From positions 1-64,000 of IMG/VR virus record IMGVR_UViG_3300038465_000091: 64,000 nucleotides of DNA. One strand, given 5' to 3'. Of this stretch, positions 1 through 8,214 are shown one piece after another. The position numbers and the translations under genes are program-made. Position 1 is the first letter of the stretch; the number at the start of each line of letters is the position of its first letter. A model generated the notes under the pieces. The model searched no databases, was not told where the DNA came from, and saw only the letters and a program-made list of their open reading frames with translations.

Positions 1-138
1 TTTAGCGACGGCGTTCTTGAGGTATTTTCCTGACCCGAGGTAGGCGTCGTTCGGATCATCGGTTTTGTGGCAACCGATGTAGAATTTACTGTTCTGGAGG
101 TTCGTCGTCTTGTAAACGGTATGGAACATTGTGTGCAT
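1..138 (-). CDS. GIY-YIG (Seg-like) homing endonuclease, N-terminus (runs off the window)
   Basis: Not in the ORF track. Translates MHTMFHTVYKTTNLQNSKFYIGCHKTDDPNDAYLGSGKYLKNAVAK, with VYK...FYIG and YLGSG motifs typical of Seg-like GIY-YIG nucleases. Confidence 0.85.
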   Translation of the reverse strand, partial: MHTMFHTVYKTTNLQNSKFYIGCHKTDDPNDAYLGSGKYLKNAVAK

Positions 139-433
139 TCCCTACCAATAGTTTAGAAGTTGTTTTACCTCATCGCGGATGATGGAGGCAAAATACGGCG
201 TAAAGTCCGTATTTTCAAGATTGTGTGTCGAGTGTGGTAAGCAAGTCGGTTGATCCCCTACCTAATACGGAGAAAAGCCGATTCTTTCTTTACATAGACG
301 GGCACTCGTCTTCTCAACTTGAAGTTGGGTAGGGACGAAAAATTTCAAGTGATGCGACTCGCGTTACGTACATATATACAACAAAATAAAGGATTTAATT
401 GGCTAAACTTCTTCAAGTAAATAAATTTGAAAT

Positions 434-467
434 TTCCTAGCAAAAACGCCCGTCTTTTTGGTAGAAT
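434..467 (+). promoter_or_regulatory. Phage promoter, TTCCTAGC-N20-TAGAAT
   Basis: One of seven copies of a fixed-spacing motif; ATG at 475 lies 7 nt after the -10 hexamer. Confidence 0.7.
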
Positions 468-474
468 AGGTTCC

Positions 475-1089
475 ATGAGGCGCAACGGCGGAAAATACGA
501 ATGCGAGCAGAAGCAACAAGAGGCTCGGATTCCTATCTGGAAAATCCTGCTCGAAACGTATCGCGGCGGCGACGTTCTCATCCTTCCCGAAAAGAATCGC
601 AAAGAACTTGATGTCCTCCTCTCCTCGGGTGTACAACCCCGCAGCGTGTACACCGTTGATAAATCTCCCGCCGTCATCGCAACCTTTACCCGCACGTTGT
701 CCGCACCCGAACGCGACGGTATTCATCGCCGTGGTGCCTTGGTGTCCGTTGCTTGCACGACGTGGGCAAAAGAGGGAGTCCAACTTGAAGCCGCCCATTT
801 CGATCTTTGCGGGAACGTGCAGGGATATCGGGATGGGTCAGTAAGGCAGGAACTTGAAAACATCGCCCGCTGTGGAATTATTGATAACGCCCGCATAGCC
901 GTAACGGTGGAAAAGGGTCGAGAGAAATCCAAGCTTATCGAAAGGTTTGATCGTATTGCGCTGCTCGCTGCTGCGCTTAACAATGGCTTGCGGGGACGTT
1001 CTACCGTAAAGGTGATTACTTCTCGCACATACCAAAACGGCCCCAGCCCCATGCTGTGGGTCGCATTCCAACTAGGGGGAAAATTATGA
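475..1089 (+). CDS. Hypothetical protein, possible degenerate SAM-dependent methyltransferase fold
   Basis: Long ORF; start reassigned to ATG 475 behind the promoter. Beta-strand pattern DVLILP...VYTVDKSPAV resembles Rossmann motifs I/II. Confidence 0.45.
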   Translation: MRRNGGKYECEQKQQEARIPIWKILLETYRGGDVLILPEKNRKELDVLLSSGVQPRSVYTVDKSPAVIATFTRTLSAPERDGIHRRGALVSVACTTWAKEGVQLEAAHFDLCGNVQGYRDGSVRQELENIARCGIIDNARIAVTVEKGREKSKLIERFDRIALLAAALNNGLRGRSTVKVITSRTYQNGPSPMLWVAFQLGGKL

Positions 1090-2042
1090 AGATCGACCAT
1101 GAACTTGAAGTACCGTTAGACAAGATAGTCAAGGACTGGGACGTGCGCGTCGAAGCTGGGGCTGAAGACCCTGAGAGGGTAGTGCTTCTTCAGGGGCTCT
1201 ATGTTGATGGCAAAAACATCGACCTGATAAAGGTTGCACCCGTCACCCCGCAGTTAGCAGAAAAGCTGCACCTTCCGAACGGGGGTAAAGACTACTATCG
1301 CCTCATCGAAGGACGCACACGATACGCCGCTTTGACCGCGAACAGCATCGACTCTGAGTTGAAACGCGAAGTAAGAAGTCATTTCAAGAAAATCCGCGTT
1401 GCGGTGCTGGCTCCAGCAACCGAAGCTGAATATCTGCTGTACGCCTATAAAGCCAACTGTACGGGGCCTAAACCCCCGAAATTTGAGGACTTGAAACAGA
1501 CGGTTGAACTGCTGATTCAGAGTGGCATGAAGGAAAAAGCCATTATCAACAGTTCGCTCAACCAAGTTGAGAGCATGAAAAACCTCAAGTTGGCGTGCGA
1601 TCAGGTACGTTCCAACCTCCACAAGACGGGCGTTCGCGAGGCGAAGAACATCCTCCTGAAAAACCTTGAACCCGTTCGCTCAATTACGGATCAAAAAGAA
1701 CGGGAGAAAGCGGCTGCCGATTATTGTGGCATCCCAGTTAAGACCCTCAGGAAGGCGATAAATCATGAACCGGGGCGGAAACCACAAGCCCTGTTGAGTG
1801 AACTCAAAAAAGACCTTGGTGGTATGCACAACCGTCGTTCTCAGTTTGTGCGGGACTGGACAAGCAAACTGAACGGGCACTATGACAACGGTTATCCGAC
1901 TGACCAAGTTCTTGATGTATTCGACCACATCATTAAGCAACTTCAAAAAAACGTGGACACGATGGTAACAGCCCGCGAACGCTTTGAAATTCGCATCAGC
2001 GGCGGTATGGTGAAGGGAAAAGCAGCCGCAGCCGGGAACTAA
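1086..2042 (+). CDS. ParB/Srx N-terminal domain protein
   Basis: YYRLIEGRTRYAAL matches the ParB G-x-x-R motif; helical C-terminus; ATG overlaps the upstream stop. Confidence 0.7.
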   Translation: MKIDHELEVPLDKIVKDWDVRVEAGAEDPERVVLLQGLYVDGKNIDLIKVAPVTPQLAEKLHLPNGGKDYYRLIEGRTRYAALTANSIDSELKREVRSHFKKIRVAVLAPATEAEYLLYAYKANCTGPKPPKFEDLKQTVELLIQSGMKEKAIINSSLNQVESMKNLKLACDQVRSNLHKTGVREAKNILLKNLEPVRSITDQKEREKAAADYCGIPVKTLRKAINHEPGRKPQALLSELKKDLGGMHNRRSQFVRDWTSKLNGHYDNGYPTDQVLDVFDHIIKQLQKNVDTMVTARERFEIRISGGMVKGKAAAAGN

Positions 2043-2083
2043 TCTGTGTTGTGTAGTCAAAATATCAAAGGAAGGAGACCAGC

Positions 2084-2227
2084 ATGAGAAAGAGCCAGCT
2101 ATCCGACAGCGAAAAGCGGAAGATGATTCGCGGCCATGAGGACGGAAGCACCGTCTATGAACTTGCGAAGAAGTACGGCATCAAGCCAGCATCGGTCGCA
2201 GCATACGTCGCCAACGCCCACCGTTAA
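2084..2227 (+). CDS. Small helix-turn-helix DNA-binding protein (47 aa)
   Basis: Below the ORF-track cutoff. Strong SD (AAGGAG); MRKSQLSDSEKRKMIRGHEDGSTVYELAKKYGIKPASVAAYVANAHR has an HTH pattern. Confidence 0.75.
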   Translation: MRKSQLSDSEKRKMIRGHEDGSTVYELAKKYGIKPASVAAYVANAHR

Positions 2228-3072
2228 ACCAAGACGGGTTGGGATGAACACCAGTGTTCGATTCGTTGCTTAGCCAGTTCAACGTGATCGGATTCAAGTT
2301 CAATCCCTACAATTTCATCCCAACCCGCCTGAAACCCACCTATCAACTCACTGCCGCTACCGCTGAAAGGCACCAGCAGCTTAGTATCGCCTGTGGGCTT
2401 AATGAGCGTTGCCAGCCATTTGCACAGATCAAGGGGCTTCACGGTGGGGTGGATGTTGCCGTTGAGACACCCCGCGTCCTTCTCTTTTTTAGACGCCTTC
2501 GAGCAAAAGAAGTAGTTACCCAGACGATCATCCTCTTGGAAGAGGAGGTTTCCGGGCCAACGCCCAATCACTTGTTTACCCGATTGCTTGCCTCCAGTGT
2601 ACTGTGGGCGCATTCCCCACCCCGAATCCTTGATGTTGTTGGCGGTCTTATTCCACCGCTTCTCATTTCCGATTCGACAGGCGTCAATGTTCAAAGGCAC
2701 CACCTTTTTACCGCGTTTGCAGGCCAAAATAACGGGCTCCCAAGAAGGTTTTAAGCAGGATTTTGCTTTGGGAAAGCCACTGGTGTAGCACCACATGAAA
2801 ACATCCCTCAACTCAAACCCAGCGTCCTCCATAGCAACCATCAGACGGTGGTGAGTACGTGGGAATCCGAACGCCAGCACATACGCTCCCGGCGTCAAGA
2901 CGCGGTAGATTTCTTGCCACATAGGGACGCTGAAAGCAATGCCAGACTTGTCCCAGTCCCTACCCATAAAGCCAAGCTCGTAGGGCGGGTCGGTGAGGCA
3001 CCCATTGAATGTATTGTCTGGGTAACGTGGTAGGGCCTTTAGAACGTCGTCGCATTGAATGTCGAAACCCAT
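2224..3072 (-). CDS. DNA N6-adenine/N4-cytosine methyltransferase (beta class)
   Basis: TDPPY catalytic motif, HPTVKP, and VPFSGSGS (F-x-G-x-G) SAM-binding motif. Confidence 0.92.
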   Translation of the reverse strand: MGFDIQCDDVLKALPRYPDNTFNGCLTDPPYELGFMGRDWDKSGIAFSVPMWQEIYRVLTPGAYVLAFGFPRTHHRLMVAMEDAGFELRDVFMWCYTSGFPKAKSCLKPSWEPVILACKRGKKVVPLNIDACRIGNEKRWNKTANNIKDSGWGMRPQYTGGKQSGKQVIGRWPGNLLFQEDDRLGNYFFCSKASKKEKDAGCLNGNIHPTVKPLDLCKWLATLIKPTGDTKLLVPFSGSGSELIGGFQAGWDEIVGIELESDHVELAKQRIEHWCSSQPVLV

Positions 3073-3110
3073 GTCACCCTCTAAAGGACGGGGTGAGTAG
3101 TTCCAACATT

Positions 3111-3749
3111 CTAAATCACTGTTTTGGCGCTCTTGGCAATCCTGTGGCGGTAGATCGCCGCAATCAACCGTAGAAATTCGTCACGGGACTTGTCGGACTT
3201 CATCTCGTTGCATGGCTGGCAACACGGGACTACGTTTCCTTCAACGTACCCCTTGTCGCTGTCGATACGGTCGATGCCGTTGTAACGAAAAGACTCGTAA
3301 CTGGAATGCCGCATTTGACTAGGGGACATCGGTCGTGACGGCGGCTCGCCACAGTAATCGCACGGTTGGGAAATGATGAAAGCGAGTTGTTCCAATGTGA
3401 GCGTAAATGATAGGTCTCGACGCTTCGCCGAGCCGCGATAATTGAACCAGACGTATTTGTATGGCGGAACTCGCTGGTTTCGTCTTACACCCATACCACA
3501 ACGGCAGGATTCTGTCCTACCAGCGGCTAAGTTTTCAGCGGATACGACAGTGTGGTTGCCGCACTCGCAATCACAATTCCAGCGGACTCTTCCACACTTT
3601 CCGTTATTGGCTTGGCTACGGACAACTAATTTCCCGAACGTTCTACCCGTCAAGTCAACGAAGCCGCCAATGGATTTGCCTTGTGCCTTGGCGCAAAGCA
3701 TTCCGTCTTTGACTTTTTGTGAGAATTCTTCAGATTGGCGATAGTTCAT
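3111..3749 (-). CDS. HNH homing endonuclease
   Basis: DLTGRTFGKLVV N-terminal motif; CDYCG...NGIDRIDSDKGYVEGNVVPCCQPCNEMK. Confidence 0.88.
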   Translation of the reverse strand: MNYRQSEEFSQKVKDGMLCAKAQGKSIGGFVDLTGRTFGKLVVRSQANNGKCGRVRWNCDCECGNHTVVSAENLAAGRTESCRCGMGVRRNQRVPPYKYVWFNYRGSAKRRDLSFTLTLEQLAFIISQPCDYCGEPPSRPMSPSQMRHSSYESFRYNGIDRIDSDKGYVEGNVVPCCQPCNEMKSDKSRDEFLRLIAAIYRHRIAKSAKTVI

Positions 3750-3766
3750 ACTCTATTATACCACGG

Positions 3767-6394
3767 TTATCCCATACCCTCGCCGCTACCTTCTGGACCT
3801 TCGTCATCCATTTCGGCCTCAATCGCGTTCAGGTCGAGACCCTTCGTGATGCGCTTGCCGAGATCGGTGTTGGTCATGAGCCAGTCACCCACGGAGTTGT
3901 AGATGTTGCTCAAAAGCTCGTTAAACTTCGAGTCCTTGACGGTGAACATCGCGTCTTCTAGTTCTCGCTTCGCATCCTCTGGATCGATATCTAAGAACTC
4001 GTAGATAATATCCACTGGCAACGATCCCTTACTATATAAATTGAAAAGCATATCGTAAATATCGCCTTGATCGCGAAGCGCCATGCGACTAAAGGAGATT
4101 TTGGGATATATCCAGCGGGGACGGCCATACTTGTCCATCTCGTAATATCCGCGTTTTTGGCTGTAAGGTTTGAAAATCTGCTCCTCGATAACGTATGTCA
4201 AGAGATCACGGAACTGGGCATAGGACGTTTCCATCAATTGCAGTTGCACGTGGTTGCCTGAGTACATGCCCTCACCAATGAGGATTTCAGGCGACAGGCC
4301 AAGACCGATTGCCAAGTCGGAGTTCGTGTGCTGCCACTCAGCGTCGAGCGAGAGCAGACGACCTTCGGAACCAATCTCATCCCATCTACATTCGTAATTG
4401 ACCACGACGGAATAATCGGGATCGGCGATAGCTTCGTCGATGTGGGCGCGTAAGGCAATAACTTCATTCGCTGGAATGTCAGGGGCTACAATCAAACGCT
4501 TTGGCGTCATGTTACGGGATGCCAACGTGCTCTGCACCTGACGCAGCTTCTCGCGGTAGATAACCGTGCGGATGCAGCGTTGCAGGATCGAGCGGCCATG
4601 CAGTTCGTAGCCGCTCTTCTTGCGGGCGAAGTGGATGACGTAAGAGCCTTGGAACGGGTCGTTGTTCAGCGGAATCTTGCCTTCCGTCTGAATCACGTCC
4701 TTCACTTGGTTCGGGACATCAGGATCATCCATGTAGGCTTGCTTCTGAGCCTCGGGTGGTTTGTAGTAGATCGTCGGACCATCCACCATCGTGCCCTCGT
4801 TGGTGATCTCGATCTGCTCAGGCGGAAGAATCTGAATGCGATCAGGTCCCTCGTAATCCTTATTCTCGATGTGGCTGAAGAGTTCCAGTTCTTCGCGCTT
4901 CTTCTCACGAATTTCCTTCAATTCTTCGAGCAGTTCTTTCTTCTTTTCGAGCAACTTGAGGAGGTGCTTCATTTCCATCAACTCACGCTGTGCCGAAATC
5001 GTGGCACCCATGGCGATAGCGTCCTTCACGCCCCCAGCGGCATCAGCGGGAGTAATCGGACCACCTCCACCGCCGCCTCCACCACCCATTGGGGCACCGC
5101 CGCCCATACCTTCAACGTCGCCAAGACCGCCCTCACCTAACGGGGCACCTTCGCCGCCTGCCGCTGGGTCACCAGCAGCGGGGTCGCCCGCAGGGGCGTC
5201 TGCGCCCGGAGGCGTACCGCCCCCAGCATCACCCGTAGGTGGTGCCGCAGCGGGTGCGGCCGGAGCGGGTGGTTGAGCAACTTTGGACATTTCGGCTAAG
5301 ATTTGAAGCGGGTAAGTATCGTCACCTTTTTCGTTACGGATAAGCTTCGCCAGCTTGTCGTTAGTCTCCGAAGCCAAAATCATCTTGGCGAGTTTCTTCG
5401 GGGCAATGCCTATGACCTTGGCAAACTTACGAGCACCCTTGTTGAGTTCTTTACGGGTCGCCTCGATCTTAACCGCGACTTTGGCAAGGTCTTTGATAAT
5501 GCTGTCGGCCCCGAAATCGAAATCAATGCCCGCAGCCTTGAGTTCATCAAACACTGAAGCGCGTTTCTTGATCCACGAAGAACGCTTCTCAGGTTGGAGG
5601 TATTCCAAAATCTTATCCGCCGTACCGCCTTCGGGTGGGTGGAAAGCTCCATCTCTGCTACCCGCTTCGGTGCTGTCGCCGCCACGTTTGCCTTCCTTTT
5701 CAAGAATTTCCTTGGCTGCCGAGCATGGTTCAATGTCTTCGGGGTCTTCGATGAATAGGAAGGTCTCTCCAATGCACCAGTACTCTCTGGCCGCATCGAT
5801 GATGACTTGAAACAGGCGGGTGCGGTTCATAAACCGCTGGAAATCGTCGTACACATAATCGGCGTACTCTTCGGACGAGCACTTCGGTTTCTCTGCCGTC
5901 ATCTTACTGACGGGGAGTTCCGTGTGCATATCGATTGCGCGACCGACGATTGGGTCACGATCATACGCCAGACGATAGAAACGAAGTTCTTCTGCACGGG
6001 ACGCAGGAAGCTCAAGGGCATCAACTGGAAACTCGTAAGAGTAGTAGCCGATGTTATTCGAGTCTTGGATATCGGCAGCGCCCAAACCGCCGTCACTGAA
6101 AAGACCAGCAGCCGTTTTAGCCGCCTCGTACATGCCCCAGCCAGAGTTTGGGTTGGTGCTTACGGTGCCGCTACGTGCCGCGCCTTGGATAATACGGAGC
6201 TTGTTCATCGCCGAATCTTCGACGATCTCGCCCTTATTGTTCATCTGCGTGTACTTGCCAGCCGATGCGAATTCCTTGTTGCCTACTTTGGCAACCTTCC
6301 GCTTTACCATGGACGGTGAGATGCGCGTATTTGCGCCTCGCTGACGGGTAGTAACCCGCTTACCTTGACCGTCGTCTGCTGTCTTATTTGCCAT
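3767..6394 (-). CDS. Probable portal protein with a large internal insertion
   Basis: 875 aa. YRLAYDRDPIVGRAIDMHTELP and HFARKKSGYELHGRSILQR segments resemble large-phage portal proteins (recognised from memory, not searched). Confidence 0.55.
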   Translation of the reverse strand: MANKTADDGQGKRVTTRQRGANTRISPSMVKRKVAKVGNKEFASAGKYTQMNNKGEIVEDSAMNKLRIIQGAARSGTVSTNPNSGWGMYEAAKTAAGLFSDGGLGAADIQDSNNIGYYSYEFPVDALELPASRAEELRFYRLAYDRDPIVGRAIDMHTELPVSKMTAEKPKCSSEEYADYVYDDFQRFMNRTRLFQVIIDAAREYWCIGETFLFIEDPEDIEPCSAAKEILEKEGKRGGDSTEAGSRDGAFHPPEGGTADKILEYLQPEKRSSWIKKRASVFDELKAAGIDFDFGADSIIKDLAKVAVKIEATRKELNKGARKFAKVIGIAPKKLAKMILASETNDKLAKLIRNEKGDDTYPLQILAEMSKVAQPPAPAAPAAAPPTGDAGGGTPPGADAPAGDPAAGDPAAGGEGAPLGEGGLGDVEGMGGGAPMGGGGGGGGGPITPADAAGGVKDAIAMGATISAQRELMEMKHLLKLLEKKKELLEELKEIREKKREELELFSHIENKDYEGPDRIQILPPEQIEITNEGTMVDGPTIYYKPPEAQKQAYMDDPDVPNQVKDVIQTEGKIPLNNDPFQGSYVIHFARKKSGYELHGRSILQRCIRTVIYREKLRQVQSTLASRNMTPKRLIVAPDIPANEVIALRAHIDEAIADPDYSVVVNYECRWDEIGSEGRLLSLDAEWQHTNSDLAIGLGLSPEILIGEGMYSGNHVQLQLMETSYAQFRDLLTYVIEEQIFKPYSQKRGYYEMDKYGRPRWIYPKISFSRMALRDQGDIYDMLFNLYSKGSLPVDIIYEFLDIDPEDAKRELEDAMFTVKDSKFNELLSNIYNSVGDWLMTNTDLGKRITKGLDLNAIEAEMDDEGPEGSGEGMG

Positions 6395-6423
6395 TACGGT
6401 GCCTCTCTAAATACAACAAAAAG

Positions 6424-7212
6424 CTAGTTTTCTTGTTCTTCCGCGTCCTTTTGGAACTTCTTGGTCCGCTGGGCAAGCTGGATTTTGACTTGCTCCATAA
6501 GCTCTTCGGGATCAAGGTCTACCAAATCAACGGTTTCAAAACCCTCCGAATCCGCCCCGGGGGTAGTTAATTTCGTCGCTTTCTTGATCGCTGCACTGAT
6601 TACATCTTTGGCTGACCGAACTGTGCGAGCTTTCCGTTTTTCTCGCAACAGAGCCTCTTCCATTTGAGCCGCCAGATTTACTTTCTTGGAACTCAGTTCG
6701 GCCAACCCCATCAACCCTTGCTTCAGCAGTTCGGCGGTAGGAGCGAATGATTCACGCTCAGGCTCATCCAAGAACCCCCATAAATTAGAGAGGCATATTA
6801 GAACCTTCTTCTGAGTTTGGTAGGCACGCATCGCTAAGCCCATCTGGTTGTATACCTTGCGGGCGTCAAGTCGCATCAAAGAACGCTTTCGAACAATCTC
6901 CGTGTCGTCGTCGCCGTCGTTTATCTCCCAGTGTTTGAACATCGGTGAGTCGTGTTTCTTAGTGCCGACAGGTTTGGCTTTTTTGCCAACTATTTCTTCT
7001 TTCTCACGTTCAAGGGCGGCCTCACGTTCGCCGACGAGTGTGGGCTCTTCGCGACCCTCTTGTTCCGCTTCTAGTTTCTCAGCCTCGGTGAGTGCTGGAG
7101 TCCATGGGCGTCCACAAGTGCGGCAGGTGTTGAAATAATCAATCGGCCCGAAGCACTTAGGGCAAGAGTGGAACTTGTCTTCTTTTGTGAGTGCTACTTT
7201 TTTCTTCGCCAT
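6424..7212 (-). CDS. Hypothetical protein (N-terminal Zn ribbon, coiled coil)
   Basis: CPKC...CRTC motif; ORF coupled to its neighbours. Confidence 0.6.
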   Translation of the reverse strand: MAKKKVALTKEDKFHSCPKCFGPIDYFNTCRTCGRPWTPALTEAEKLEAEQEGREEPTLVGEREAALEREKEEIVGKKAKPVGTKKHDSPMFKHWEINDGDDDTEIVRKRSLMRLDARKVYNQMGLAMRAYQTQKKVLICLSNLWGFLDEPERESFAPTAELLKQGLMGLAELSSKKVNLAAQMEEALLREKRKARTVRSAKDVISAAIKKATKLTTPGADSEGFETVDLVDLDPEELMEQVKIQLAQRTKKFQKDAEEQEN

Positions 7213-7646
7213 TAGTCGTTAAATTCCTTTAAGTACACAATCGCTTTTTGGAGGAGCACCAAGCTGTCTTCGAATTGACCCAACCCACGATTGCATTTGT
7301 GGCATAGCAACCCACGAACTTTGCCTGTCTCATGGTCGTGGTCTATCGGTGCATCCTGCAAAATTGGGATGGAGCAAATCGCACATTTTCTTTCTTGTCG
7401 TTCCCACAACTCGACCAACTGCTCTTTCGTAAAATCGTAACGGCGTAACCGCATGTACTCGTTGTAGGCGAGCCTCGCATCATCCGCACTTCGAATTTCC
7501 GCGTTCAACTTAGCGTGCTTACGTCTATAGTCGGGATGGTTTCTCCAGTAAGCTTTCTTTCCGCAAGAACGGCTACAAAACTTTTGATTCCGCCCCGTCT
7601 TCTTGAACGGTTTTTCACAAAATCCGCAATCCATAGATGACCTCAC
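7212..7646 (-). CDS. Endonuclease VII-like HNH protein
   Basis: CAIC...IDHDHETGKVRGLLCHKCNRGLG. Confidence 0.9.
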   Translation of the reverse strand: MRSSMDCGFCEKPFKKTGRNQKFCSRSCGKKAYWRNHPDYRRKHAKLNAEIRSADDARLAYNEYMRLRRYDFTKEQLVELWERQERKCAICSIPILQDAPIDHDHETGKVRGLLCHKCNRGLGQFEDSLVLLQKAIVYLKEFND

Positions 7647-7684
7647 TATAAAAGACTGTGGTAGTCAAAATAGTGATGCCTCTT

Positions 7685-8167
7685 TTACTTTCCGAACTCC
7701 CGTATCACTCGGCCCTCAGCATCGAAATACTTGATGTAATAATTCGGATGACAGTTGAGGATTAGTCCTTTGTGAGGACCTTCAAGAAAAAGCACGTCCA
7801 AGTTGGCCGATGAGTTTTTTCCCGCGATTTCCCCCTTGAGTCCGCCGATTTCAACAAGCATTCCAATTCTCGCGAATGGGACACACCTATAGGTTGCGGT
7901 ACGTAGGAATTCGTCGAAGACATTCTTGTTCGGATGATCGGAACCTCTGCAAACCGTTATCTGCGTATACTTTACGTCAGGCCAAGACTCAGTGACATCG
8001 CGCCAAAATTTGTACTTCGCTTTTCCAGCGGTGATGTGGTAGATGGTTGTTGGGGGGAATGTACTCCCCTTGACATTGCAATCGAAAGCTTTTAGCATCT
8101 TATCTCCAGTCCGACGCCCACGAAATCGCCTTATATCAGTCCTTGAACGTGACGTGGGTATCACCAC
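7685..8167 (-). CDS. Hypothetical protein
   Basis: ORF in operon orientation; the true start is probably the internal MLKAF. Confidence 0.55.
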   Translation of the reverse strand: MVIPTSRSRTDIRRFRGRRTGDKMLKAFDCNVKGSTFPPTTIYHITAGKAKYKFWRDVTESWPDVKYTQITVCRGSDHPNKNVFDEFLRTATYRCVPFARIGMLVEIGGLKGEIAGKNSSANLDVLFLEGPHKGLILNCHPNYYIKYFDAEGRVIREFGK

Positions 8168-8214
8168 GCGGTGAAACAGCCGTCCATTTCCCGTTGATTT
8201 TTCTGACCCACCAT

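Noticed and set aside
3072-3098. IS200/IS605-like terminal hairpin
   Set aside because: A single imperfect hairpin, with no tnpA, tnpB or iscB nearby.
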